This document shows positions 11,181 through 23,350 of a stretch of 64,000 bases of DNA, one piece after another. The notes under the pieces were generated by a model. It searched no databases. It was given only the letters and a program-made list of their open reading frames with translations, and was not told the origin of the DNA. Made by a program: the position numbers and the translations under genes. Source of the stretch: Lama guanicoe (lineage: Eukaryota); assembly GCA_013239625.1 (NCBI GenBank), contig MU054323.1, forward strand, positions 9,103,220 through 9,167,219, read 5' to 3'. Each line of letters opens with the position of its first letter. Position 1 is the first letter of the stretch.

Positions 11181-13204
11181 AGGTGGGGGAGACCAGATGG
11201 CATCATCTCAGAGACCCCTTAAATTTGCTAACGTTTTTGGAAACAAAAGCCCATGATCTAAGGCAGAAGGGTTCTAAGGAACAAAGAGAGTCATGATCCT
11301 AGGGCATGTGACCGGCTATCTGTTCCCGGCTCAGAGTAGAAGGATGAGGGTATGCAGGGACGCTCTCACAGGCAGGAAGGGACAGAGGGGCAGAAGCCTG
11401 TCCTGTGGCTCTTGATTACCAGAGAGGCCAGGCTCCAGGGAGTTCCAGCAGTGGCCATCTGTTTGTGCTGGAATCTCTGAAGTCCATTTCTCTGTCAGGG
11501 CAGGGGTTCTGAGGCCTTTAAAGAGTGTGTGAGCAGGAGCTTAGAGAAATGTAAAGTGAAGAGTAGAAAGGGCCGGGCAAGACTGGGGAAACCTGGTAAA
11601 TCTCATGCTTTCATTTGGGTGAAGGAACAGAGGGAGGACGTTGAGTGAGGCCACGGGGAGAGGCCCGGAGCTGGGGAGGGCTGGAGGACAGCACGGGAAG
11701 GAAGGGACCTGCTGGCTGGGAAGTCTCTGCACCTCCATCTGCGCTGCTGCTTTGATGGAGGACCCTGTTTCCCATCACTGGGCAGAGGGCTCTCCGCAGG
11801 GAGGGGAGGTGGTGGCAGAGCCTGTGGGATGGCAGGCAGGCTGAACAGATGGTGCAGGACAGTGTGATTTTGGAGGACATTCCTCTAGCCATGCTGGAAC
11901 CTGAAGCCAGGGTCTCTCTCGGTGAGTGATGGACATTGGGCCCCTGGTCTGCCTTCTCTGTGTGACTGACCTCACCACTCACTCAAGTGTGAGCAGAAGG
12001 AGAAAGGCCCTGCCGAGACCCTTCATTCCATCCAGGGCACACGTTCTCAACTGGGACCGTATCTTCGCATTGGGGTGAAGATTCGTTCTTGCATTGGTAG
12101 GGGTGTGGGTTGTGGTGAAAAACAGTCATAGATATTACAGTGATTTGTGGCTCTCCCAAGGACCACAGTATGTAAACAGACAAAGAGACAGGGACTATGA
12201 ATGGGTATCTGTGGTATTAAAATTTCATGGGAGAAGAAGACAATTGGGAAAAAAAAATCTCTTAAAAGTTTCCTTGGGGTGGATGGGTGGGTGCGTGGTA
12301 ATTTTAAAAAAAGGTGTGTGAGAAACCCCAGAGTAGGGCCTCTTGCTGCAAAGAACGGTCAGGGTCTTTCAGTGCATTAAGAAGCCCTAACCAGCAACCG
12401 CCAAATTGCAAGGCTTGCTAGGCAGGTGTTGGTAGCTGCCTGTTTTCTTTCCACTGAGCCAGAAATGCCTACATTTCCCAGCCAGTTCCCTTCCTGTTTA
12501 CCTCAATCTACACTCTCCATGGCCACCAGCAAGCCGCTGGCAAGCCCCAAGCCCTGGAGCGAGGACTTTAACAGGGAGATTAGAGCTAGTGTGGCCTGGC
12601 CTATCTTCCAAGGCAGGAAAGGGCAAAGGTTCTCTCCTGGGCAGACAAAACTGAGCCATCAGTCTGTAAACATACCACGAGATAGGATGCTGCTTTCACA
12701 AGAGCTCCGTTTCACAGCGCAAATCTGAATATTTCTCTCTTTTCTTATCAGCGCATATTCACATCATAAGGATGACATCATGTCCTTTCCATCCTCAACC
12801 TTCCGGCCTTCCCTGTAACCAGATGAGTTTAGGAGCATCACCATAGACACTGAGAATCCACTTTTCTTATCATTATTGTGTAAGTGCAGCTGATTCTTCT
12901 AAATAAATCTGTAGAGGGAACATGGACTGATCATTATGTCATAAATGTACATGACTGGCTTCCACTATTAGCTGCCTTAATTTATTACATTTAAATTTCA
13001 ATTATTTGGCTGAGATAGATTGCTTTTAAAATACTCTGACTGAAAGAAAGCAAATATTTTCTGCCTTAATATATTTCAAATGATCACTGTTTCATATTGA
13101 TCAAGTATGAAACCACGCGCAGCAAAGTTTTGATGTGATTTTAATTTCTGTCTTTTAAACAGACACAGTATTTTCCCCGGATCTAGAATTCATTAGGAGT
13201 TAGA

Positions 13205-13410
13205 TTTTTTCAGTTTGATTGAGATATAATTCAATCTGCCCATTTAAGTATACGATTTTCACAGGGTTGAGCGACCGTCACCACAATCTAATTTTAGGAA
13301 ATTTTGTCTCCTGTAAAAGAAACCTCAGACCCATTAACAGTCTCTCCTCACTCCTCCCTACTCGCCGCTGGCCCAGGAACCACTAATCTGCTTTCTGTCT
13401 CTACAGATTT
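13205..13410 (-). mobile_element. L1MB-type 3' end fragment
   Basis: ttgagatataattca...caccacaatctaattttag...aaagaaacc...accactaatctgctttctgtctcta. Confidence 0.8.
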
Positions 13411-14339
13411 GTTAAATAGGCACACATTTTGAGCAAAATCACTTCCTGTTCTAATTCCATAATTAACCAACAGCTTATCTTCCCATAATTAACCAATAAT
13501 TTAATCATAATTAACCAATTACATTCATACAGAAGCTCTTGATTTTAGCTGCCACTTTGTATGAAAAGTGAGGTTGATGTTGGCCTAGTGGGAACTGTTC
13601 TTTGTTACTAAAACTGCACTCCCAACAAGCACAAGGCAACAGGTTTAGCTTCCTTCCTGCCCAGATATGTTCACTCAACAGTCTGTAGAGTTTCAAAGGT
13701 AAATTACGAACGTACCGGGAACTTAAGTGTTAAAGAATTCCTACGGTGAAGTTGTTTGTAAAGGCTAACCTCTAAGGGAAGAGCCACCCACATTCATCTC
13801 AAGCACAGACACATTAACTGGTCTGTTTCTAAATCTTGGTTTCTATAGATTTGGTTTGCTGGGGGGATTTTCTGTTTGGTCCTCTCTGCAATGACTAGTA
13901 TGTGGCAATAGACACTTAGCTTCCTTCTTAAAGGTCATGACTCTCTAGCAAAGGGCTGAAATGGGTGGTTTTAGTACAGACCCTTGCATTGCTAGTGTGT
14001 GACAGGTCCTGGGCACGAGAGTGCAGTGCCCACAGTCCATCTTTACTGAGCTTTCCCTAGAAAATAGCATGTCTGAAATGGATATATTTTTCTAGCCCCT
14101 TGCAGCCAGTAGTCAGGCAATGGTTTTCCTCTCTTAACACCACATAAGTTGGTGAGTGAGATGGTAGAATCTTAGGCACATCCACCAAGCAGATGAATCA
14201 GTCATTATTTGGACAAAAAGGTGGATCTGGCCAAGGGAATGGTAAATACAGGCCTTTCTCCAGCCCTTTGCTCTGACATAATGCTCAGACTACCAGAGTC
14301 CTGTCTGCAGAATGACATGACTTTCACTTTTCCATAGTA

Positions 14340-14492
14340 CTTTCTGATTTACGGAGCATATTTGTAGATGTGATTCACTCTGAATCTCATTACAATCCGG
14401 TGAGGTAGCTAGGGCGGGCCTTTCATTTTCCAGATGAGAAACCAACTGTAAGAACTTGCTTATGGTCTAACAACTAGGTGGCAGAACTGTGG
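14340..14492 (-). mobile_element. MIR SINE fragment
   Basis: cattttccagatgagaaacc...acttgcttatggtctaacaactaggtggcagaac. Confidence 0.6.
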
Positions 14493-14660
14493 CGTCTCAG
14501 TGAAAGGCCAGTCTCTATTAAAGCAGTCCCCTGGGGGAGGCCATACATGTACTCCAACTGTGCTCAAAAAGATTTTGAAGCTTGTTCTTTGGAATACCTT
14601 AAAAATCAGTAGCACCATCTTTGAATATCCTCAGTGATGGTAATATTTCATCTTCTAAGT

Positions 14661-14846
14661 CAGTGGTTCTCAAACTAGAGTGTGCATCAGAATTGCTTGG
14701 GGCTTGTTAAAAAGCAGATTGCTGGGCTCCACCCCCAAAGTTTCTGATCCATTAAATCTGGGGTGGGATCCAGGATTTGTGTTTCTAATCAGCTCCCTGG
14801 TGTTGCTGGTATTACTGGTCCAGGGCTGTACCTTTAAGAACCACTA
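14661..14846. mobile_element. MER5A-like hAT-Charlie MITE, full length
   Basis: Terminal inverted repeats cagtggttct / agaaccacta, typical internal sequence, and a degenerate 8-bp TSD ttctaagt / tcctaagg. Confidence 0.85.
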
Positions 14847-17846
14847 TCCTAAGGAATTAATTTCTGGAAAGAGTGAATCATTTACAACCAAGTCCAGTGA
14901 TTAAGATGGGAGATCAAGTTAGGGAATTCCACCACTGGCCAAACACAATGGGTGACTATAAGGAACATCACTGGCTCTGAGGGAAATTTTAATAAAGCGC
15001 TCCAAAAAGGTTCTGAATAATGGCAGTTTGATGGGACTACTCCTTTTGGATGCTTGCTAAAGAATTCTTCTCATGTTCAGTAGCACGGTCATACATGTCT
15101 GAGATGTTCATTATCAACCTTTTATCTTCCAGCTTTAGAAAAACAAAAGAATCCATGGAGGCGACACCCACATTAGAGAGAATCAATATTAAGGAAGAAT
15201 TAATAGTTATTTACGGCAGTTGAACTAGTCAGGCTGGTAGAGTGGGGTCCTTTCTATGCTGCAAACATGATGGGTTAGAAGACGAAGGGAAAACTTTGAC
15301 TCTTCCTATGCTACCTTTTCTGTTGCGATTAGAATGGAAAAAGTGAAAAGGTCTAATTTTGGATGCCAAAGGTAAACATGCAACATTTTATAGGGGAAAA
15401 ATCGTAGCAGAAAAGAAAAATGAACTACATTAGGTACTTAAGCTGGGAGTCAATCCTTCATGTCACAGTGGGGAAAAAAGGAGTGGAGGACTGCCTAAAT
15501 ATTGGTTCTAATTTTATTTCCAACTCTACATTATATTAAATTCTCCTTGTACTCCTCTTTAATTTATAACAACTGCTGACACAAATTGGTGTGCCTTCTC
15601 TTCTTTGACATCAGTATTTTTCTTGAATTATGCATTTCCTTCTGGAATGAGGTTTATGGGGCAAAAGCCTTCTTTCATTTAGATGGATGAAAACAGACAG
15701 GGATCAATGGGAGGTTGAGTGCAAAATCAAAGTCAGGTGAGGTAATATACGTGCAAGGCAGCATTTCACTGCCCCAAAAGATTGTAGGTGGTATTAAAAA
15801 ATGAGTCTGGTCTTTCAATTTTCAACATATTGATTAAAATTCAACTACTAGAGAACAAGAAAAACTCTACCAACCTTCAGCCCACAACTGCCAGATTCTG
15901 CATTGATTGGTACCCTACTAGTATTTAGTGACAGTTTGTAAGAGTACGATGATCATAATAACTGCATCAACTTGGATTTGATCTAAAGTTGAGTCAAAGG
16001 CGAAAGAACTTGCCAGCCTGTTGCCACGTGTTTCGCCTGTCCCAGCCTTCCCCCTTGGATGTACATGGTTGTGGTGTTCTACCTCTGAGGTCAGCGCCAT
16101 GAACTGATCTGGCTTCGTTATTGGTGACATGTTCCTGGTCCAAGAAAGCTAATGGTCTGTATTGACAGGTCGTCTGCTGGCTCCATATGGGGCCCAACTC
16201 AGTGTCTCAGAGTCCACTCTCAGCTTCTGGTTGTTGATGGGTTCTGGGCTGGCCAGTCACACCAGTACTGAAATGAGCACTCTGATGAAGCTGTTTTGAG
16301 CTAGCGCTATCCTGTAAGCAATCCTTAGCCATCTCTGAAACCCCTCCATTTTTAATCTTTTCCCATCACCCACTCCACCCCAGGAATGGAAACTGGGGAT
16401 AGGGTGAAACTCTATGCTTTGTACTTTGCTTGTTAGTTTAGAAAAGTGGAGAATTGTGTTGAGGTAATAATAATTTCAAGTGAAAATGTTCCTGAATCAA
16501 CATGGCCACATGAAAGTAGCTGGATCATAATGCTCTTTGGCTGAATATGGCAATGCCCAGCAGCCACGTCATGATGTCACTTCCTCTCCAGTGGCTGGGG
16601 TCTGAAAAACCTGTGAGGGTCTGTTGTCAACCTGGGAGTGGGTGGGCCATGAGCCCAGGAGCCCGGGGCTGCCCCGGTGCCTCTGCAGGGGCAGGGCTGG
16701 CGCGTGCTCGGCAGGGCCACTCTCTGGCACAGCCCTCACTGCTCTTCTGTCTGGCCAGCCACACACAATGGCCTGTGGAGACTCAAAACTGGTTAAAAAA
16801 ACCCCATTCTGGCCAAAATGTCTGTGGGGTATTAATTTATTCTATAATTTAAAGAATTCCATTATTAATGAAAGAGAAGTAGAATCTTGAGTATGAACTG
16901 CAATTGGAATAAAAAAGGCCCATTCTTCAGGCACTATTAATGGAAGCTTTGTATATAAATAACTTGATATATTGGTGAATAAATGGCACTTAAAACTAAA
17001 ATGTCTGTTAGTGATTCACTGGATTCTAAAGACTGGCCTTGCCTTCTGTGGTCAGTGATCTTTTTAATTTTTGACTCCACTATTCTAGACAGAAAACAGT
17101 TAATCCAATATGATTTAGTATCACACAGAAGATTCCGCTAAAACATTTTCTGCCAAATGTTCGTCTTCTAACAGCTGCTTTTTTTTTCAGTGAGAGGTAC
17201 TTGAAATAAAATCATTGTTCTCCACGAAAACTGCATGCTAAATAATACAGAGCTACAGGATTATTAAACAGCCAAGGCATTTGATAATATTAGCACCAAC
17301 CACAGGTTCCACTTCTGCTGATGCACAACATTTTGAGTAATTAGTCATTGCACAATACTGTATTTATATCCTTTCTTGCTTGAGCTGTTAGGCCACAAAG
17401 TCAGCAGGCAGTTGCTGTTATAAAAGGGTTCTCTGAGTTATTTAAGTTTCTGTTTCCTTACAGTTGCTGCTTCACTCTTGGGTCTTGGGCCAGGTCTACA
17501 CTGTGAAAACGAAGGAAGGAACTGAGCAATTGTTCTGCAAATCTAACTGCTGAAAGCTGGTGTGGATGATTCACAGCAAACTCTGAGCGCCTTGGCTGGA
17601 ATACCTGGTATTTTTGTCTACACAACCCAAATTCAGCACATACTGGCTGCTTTGTCACTTTGTCAGGGGGAGAGTGTGTAGTCTCCTGAAGGCTGTGTTT
17701 CTATCAGGAGTAAGCGAGTGTCTAGGGCACAGGTGGTAGGGCGAGCTATCTGAACTAGCATTATGTTGCAAAAGAGTTTTCTTCAAATGTTATTTACTTA
17801 AATGAAGGATAAGTTTCTGCTCCAAATGTTTCTCTGTTGCATAGAC

Positions 17847-18056
17847 CAGTGATCCCCACCAAATAGGGGTGTCAGGCAGCCAGGCACGCCCAATAGAAGG
17901 TACACAGGGATCACCAGAGCATTTCATCTCATTTTATTTTTTGCAAAGACGCAGGCAGAGAATCACTGATGATATGAACTGTTTCTAATGGGAGTAGGTC
18001 TAAGCTCTTTGGTGAGTCAGGGCTCAAAAAAAAAATAAAATGCTGAGGAACCACTG
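17847..18056. mobile_element. Possible hAT-Charlie MITE remnant
   Basis: Ends cagtgatccc ... ggaaccactg resemble Charlie TIRs. Subfamily not recognised. Confidence 0.4.
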
Positions 18057-18755
18057 AGACTGGTAGAATGATTTATTTATTTTGACTGAGAAATAATAAG
18101 CATCTTACTTAGTGCCCCTCCCCCATTTTTTAAAAAAGGAAATGAACTACCGTTACGTCCTCTGAATTCTTAAGAATCACTAAAAGGAATGGAAGTAAGA
18201 GGAGGAAAGTGAGAGTGACTAGTTACCCCTTTAAACTCTGTCCCACTGTAGTACAGTTTTACTCACCCGCCCATGCACACACAAACAGAGATTATTCACC
18301 TGAAGCACACATCATCAACACTGAAAATACACAAAGTCTGCACACTGCTAACCAGACACACACAAACTTTCACACAAAAGGCAGACAGATGTTCAGCAAG
18401 CTATGAATCACCCAGCTGTTTTCTCATTTCCATGTCTACCTCTTATCAACAGTAATGGGCACTGAGGGCAACGGGCATGGCTCCAACTCACTGGGCTCTA
18501 CAGTTTGGCTCCAAATGGTTTTTTTCGCCTCCTTATAATTCCAGGCCTACCCAAGAAACACCTTCACACAATGGAAACCACTTAGGAGACCTACAGCACA
18601 GTCCTGGCAGCTTCGCTGCTGAGAACATTATTGCAGCATCCTAGGAAGATGAGCAAGAAGCAGACTACTCGCTCACTGCCCTGCTATCACACTGATGTCT
18701 GGGACACTTAAGGAGCAGGGGAAAGTAGAGCTTAGGCGTCAGAAGCTAAAAAGTC

Positions 18756-18895
18756 TTTTTTTTGTTTGCTTGTTTTGGGAGGGGAGGTAATGAGGTTTAA
18801 TTAATTAATTAATTTCTTAGTGGAGGTACTGGGAATCAAACCCAGGACCTAGTGCATGCTAAGCAGGCACTGTACCGCTGAGCTATACCCTCCTC
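18756..18895 (-). mobile_element. Vic-1-type tRNA-Ala-derived SINE (camelid)
   Basis: Reverse complement reads gaggagggtatagctcagcggtacagtgcctgcttagcatgcactaggtcctgggtttgattcccagtacctcca plus the aacct.attacctcccc tail. Flanked by an aa(a/g)aagtctt duplication. Confidence 0.9.
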
Positions 18896-20604
18896 ACAAG
18901 AAGTCTTAATTGTCGATGGGTAATTAATCTCCCACAACCCCATACCATCCCTTCTTGCTGGGAGAGGGACTATTTCCTGTCCATTCAATTAGGTACCTTC
19001 TAGGCCCACAGAGCACTCTAAATCTAGATTTAGATTCTGTCTCTTGACTTTTGCTAAGGTTTTAACAGTTTTTCTTTTTTAACCCTCTACATCCTACCTC
19101 CACCTCCAAGCCCCTCTTCTCCACTACCACTGCTCTTCTTTTAGTCTCTGGCCATTATGAGTTCTGAAGCAGAGGCAGGGTTCCCAGGTCCCCTGGGGAA
19201 CCCCTCAGATGTCAGGCACCAGGGATGTGTACATGAAAGTCCTGTCCTGGCTGTGGGACAGTACTTTAGGAAAAGGGAAAAAACAGCCTTGTATCTGGCC
19301 CTGGTTCAATTCCTCAAAGTGAAGATGACATTTCTGGTAAGCAGTTACAATTAGATTTTTAGAGCCCTGGGTTTTCAACTGATCACATGCAGGATTAGGA
19401 AAGATAATTTAAAATATTTAATTCTGCCTGATTAGCTAGTAAATGAGGTGATCTGCTAATGTGGAAGTAATGTGATAGAGTTAATATGGCCCCCTGGCAT
19501 GACAGATGTCTTGTGCCTGTCGATCAGTCTCTTTAGCAATTACTTTGTCCTCTGTCCCCCTTTTTTTTTTTTAAATAGTCAGTGAACTTCTTTTTGTCAT
19601 CTTCACCTTTTCTGGCAGTCAGAGTCAGCAGAGTTTGCACAGACATCATGCCCAGTTACTGGTATCATTCCTAAGGTTAAGATGGCTGTTTCAGAGCCTC
19701 CTTTGGATATGAGTTTTCTTTATTCTAGGATGCCAATTTCAGAGATGTCATTTACCCTCTGTAACTTTTTTGGGGGGACCTGGCCTTTCTATGACTGCAG
19801 GTAAAACAACCTAAGGATATATTTTAAAATATGGAACTGGGTAATTATTTTGTTTACAAATCATTAAAAAATAGCATTTGTATATGAGATTTATTCTTTC
19901 CCTTGGCATATTCAATATAGAATTGAAGGAATATAAGGAATCTTATAGATCTTCTAGTGCCCTGAGAACCCTGGGGCTTAGGGAGGCTAAGTGACTCTTA
20001 CACACACTGGTTACTTTCCCAGAAGGAACTAGAACTCTTGTTATTTCAGGAGGGCCTTTTATTATATGCCAAGCACTGTATTAAACCTTGGGGTTGCCCC
20101 CAAATAACTCTGTGCTGGACCTTGAGGATGGGTAGGAGTTTGCTAGGTAGGGAAGGAGAAGTGTTTTTTCATTCCTGAAACTGGAGAAATAGTTTGGGAA
20201 AATTGAAAAAGAAGAATTACATTTCCCATAGCCTCTCTAGTTAGCAATTCAGGCCCTTATATAAAGAAGTTTAATGAAAAGATGTTTTGGTTACAGTCTC
20301 TAGGAGTGGTGTATCTCTCTTCCAGGTTTGATCATTCAGTCACAAGAATGAATGAATGTGATCTGTGACTGAACCTTTGATATCTGGAATGGCACCATCC
20401 TGCCACACCACCTACCATCCAGCTCCTTGCCCTGTATAGGAAGATGCTGGAGTTGAATGACAGTGGGACTTGGTTTTCTGTCCAGTAATGTACAGAGTGA
20501 AGGTCATACCCACCCTGTGTAATGGTGAGTGATGCAAGCTCCTCGTCTGTGCTACCTGGTACCCCAAAAGATCCAGGTAAAGTGAACATCTAGACACAGA
20601 GGGA

Positions 20605-20830
20605 CCTACTAGTGAGTGCCAAGATGTAGTGAGTGCTTTCATGTGCCAGGTGCTGTTCTAAGGGCTATACATGGGTTATTGCATTTAGGTGAGGCAGCAC
20701 TGTACTGCACAAAAAGCAGGCAGTGGTTTTGGAAGATCTGGAAGCTTCTGAAGATCTAGAGAAATGGAACAATTTACAGAAGTCTATATCATAAGAAGTG
20801 ACAAGGAGAGTCAGTGCTAGAATGCCAAAC
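20605..20830 (-). mobile_element. MIR SINE fragment
   Basis: tgagtgctttcatgtgccaggtgctgttctaaggg...acaatttacagaagtctatatcataagaagtgac. Confidence 0.55.
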
Positions 20831-20874
20831 AGGAGAGGCTGGACACTAGGCAGACTGCCACCAGACCAAGAGGG

Positions 20875-21100
20875 TGCAGTAGAGAGAACATGGATGTTAG
20901 AGTCAAGCAGACAGAAAGACAGACCTAGAACCAATTTCTTGGCTCTTCCAACTTACCAGTTGTAAGACTCTGGGCAGGTTGTTTACCTTTGGGAGTATAA
21001 TTTCCTCCTCTCTAAAGTGGGCATTAACTCATCTAGCAGGGTTGTTCTAAGCACGTGAGAAAATTGCATAGAGTCCAGCACAATGCCTGGCTTAGAGCAG
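20875..21100 (+). mobile_element. MIR SINE
   Basis: acagaccta...cttggctct...acttaccagttgtaagactctgggcaggtt...tttcctcctctctaaagtggg...agcacaatgcctggc. Confidence 0.75.
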
Positions 21101-21511
21101 TGTCCTGCTTTTCTTTATTAGCCAAAGGATTCTCACGTCCCCAAGAATCTGTAAGAATCAGGGAATCTCATAGGTCAAAGATGCCTCAGAGATCCCCCAT
21201 TCCAGACATGTCATGTTTGGATGTACAACCTGAGCCCCAAACATAAGGAGTCATTTGTGCAAAGCTGCCTGCTAGTTACTGCTCAGTCAGGATTAGGACC
21301 CAGGACAGCTCTGCTCTCACATCGGCCCTTAGCCACTGGGATTGATGGTTACAGCTGAACCATATGCAAAACCTTTGAGAATTTTCACCAGAAAAGGTGA
21401 TTCAGGCTGATCCTGTTAGTTTGCTTCAGCTTATTTTCTCCTCACAGAACAGCTGACTTGTCAGCATTCACTTTAGGTCGCTTCTGCAGCACGCTCTTTT
21501 GCTTTCTTGTG

Positions 21512-21900
21512 TGTGGTGTTCTACTTGGTCTTCCATAACAAAACACCACAGACTAGGTGGCTTAAACAACAGAATGTATTCCTCTAGTTCTGGAGGCTAG
21601 ATGTCCAAGATTAAGGTGCTGGTGAGATAGGTTTCATTCTGATGCCTCTTCTCCTGGATCGCAGGAGGCCACCACCTTGCTGTGTGCTTACGTGGCCTCC
21701 TCTTTGAATGTGCAGAGAGAGAGAGAGCTGTCTGGTGTCTCTTCTTATAAGAACACTAATCCTGTAGGAGCAGAGCCCCACCCTTACAATGTCATTTAAT
21801 CTTGATTACTTCCATATAGGGCCTATCTTCAAATACAGTCACCTTGAGGGTTAGGGCTCCAACATATAAATTTGAAGGGAGCACAATTCAGTCCAAAAGA
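21512..21900 (-). mobile_element. MLT1A-like ERVL-MaLR solo LTR
   Basis: ccataacaaaacaccacagactaggtggcttaaacaacaga, ttctggaggctaga, tctggtgtctcttcttataag. Perfect 5-bp TSD TTGTG at 21507-21511 and 21901-21905. Confidence 0.9.
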
Positions 21901-22659
21901 TTGTGTTGCATATGCTCCATCTGTCACGAGCCCTTCCATTCAGGAAGCTTCAAATAGGAGGCAGGTGAACAATGAAGTACATGAACTATTCATGTGCTCA
22001 ACAAGAGGCATCACCTATGGCCTGCCCCCTTTTACAATTCCTCCAGGTCATCCATTAACCAAAGATCAAGAAACATGGGAAAGCCAAAGTCTGATCATTC
22101 ATTCTATTATTAACTGTGAGAATGATGACTAAAGAGTTAAGCTGAGATATATAAGCAGATTCATTCAGAAAGGAAACTTGAACATGAGTGAAGTATCTCT
22201 GAAGATCTGCCGTGCATTTGAGTGACAAACAGAAACAGTGCAGCTTTGACATTTATTCTGATATTTCCAAAGGAAACTGTATAAAATAACATGTTTTTGA
22301 GGGAAATTGTTTCTTTAGAAAGATTAAGGAAAAAAGTGTCATATGTGTAGAGAAATATCCAGATTTAAGGAGGCTCAAGTGCTGTGGATCTGAAGGTCAT
22401 GTGGATCAGTTTCTTTGGCATTGGGACTCTATCCATTTAGAGGTCATCCTAAGTCAAAGGGCTCCTCAGCCTCCTTATATAGAGATTTGGGAATACTTGA
22501 GAGGTTCTTTATGAGACCAAGAGTGATTTGTGGCCTATCTGGCTCCTTTGTGAGAATAATGCCCTGTTTGCCCTTTGAGAAATGGTATCATCTATCTTAT
22601 TTGCTAGATGTGGCTCCAAATAGTTTTTTGCTATGTCCCAAAGTCATATTTACTCCAAA

Positions 22660-23350
22660 TTTCAAAGTAATACTTGAAAAATACAGGCTTATGGAGAAAC
22701 GCAAACAATACTATCCCCCAGCCTAGTCCCCTTCCCGTGAGTGATGGGAAACAGTTTGGTGGGGTTTTTTTTCTTTTCATATTTTAAATTATGCTTTTAC
22801 TTACAGATAGCTAGAGTTAGTTTTAAATCACTGGCACCATACTATTATCATTTGGCTTTCTCCTACTGATGATTATGTAGACCTGTTAGATCAGGTTTTT
22901 TTGGTTATTACAAACAGCTGAAATAAACATTCTTGTACAAATATTTATATATGTGAATACTTCCGTAGGATAGAATCTTAGAAGGAGATATACTAGCTCA
23001 AAGGGAAAACCTATTTTAAAAATTGGTACTGTCAAACTGCCCTCCAAAAACATTCTATGAATTTGTATTCCCACCAGGATTGTATGACAGTATGTGTTTT
23101 CTAATTTATGTAGCCTGTGACATTACCAATCTTCATTTTTCACTGACCTGATGGGCAGTGAAAGAGATCTCACTGTTATTTTGAGTTGCATATTCCTGAT
23201 TTCTTATGAGGTTGAACATTGTCTCATTTCTTTATTTTTTTAAATTTTTTCTTCAGTGAATTGCCTATTTACATTATTCTAAAGAAATGTTTGATTTTTT
23301 TGAGTTGCAGAGCCTTCCCACAATTAGACATATTAATCCTCTGCTGTTGC
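22660..23350 (-). mobile_element. Decayed old LINE-1 (L1ME-like) 3' region
   Basis: ataaacattcttgtaca, gtaggataga, actgtcaaactgccctccaaaa, tttgtattcccacca, atgaggttgaacat, tcagtgaattgcct. Confidence 0.7.

Noticed and set aside
13458..13518. CRISPR-like repeat-spacer pattern
   Set aside because: 13-bp repeats, 9-13-bp spacers, only three copies, mammalian context and no cas genes.
15918..16197. Overlapping minus-strand ORFs as a possible alternative RBKS last exon
   Set aside because: No similarity to the ribokinase C-terminus or any protein I recognise, and no convincing acceptor identified.
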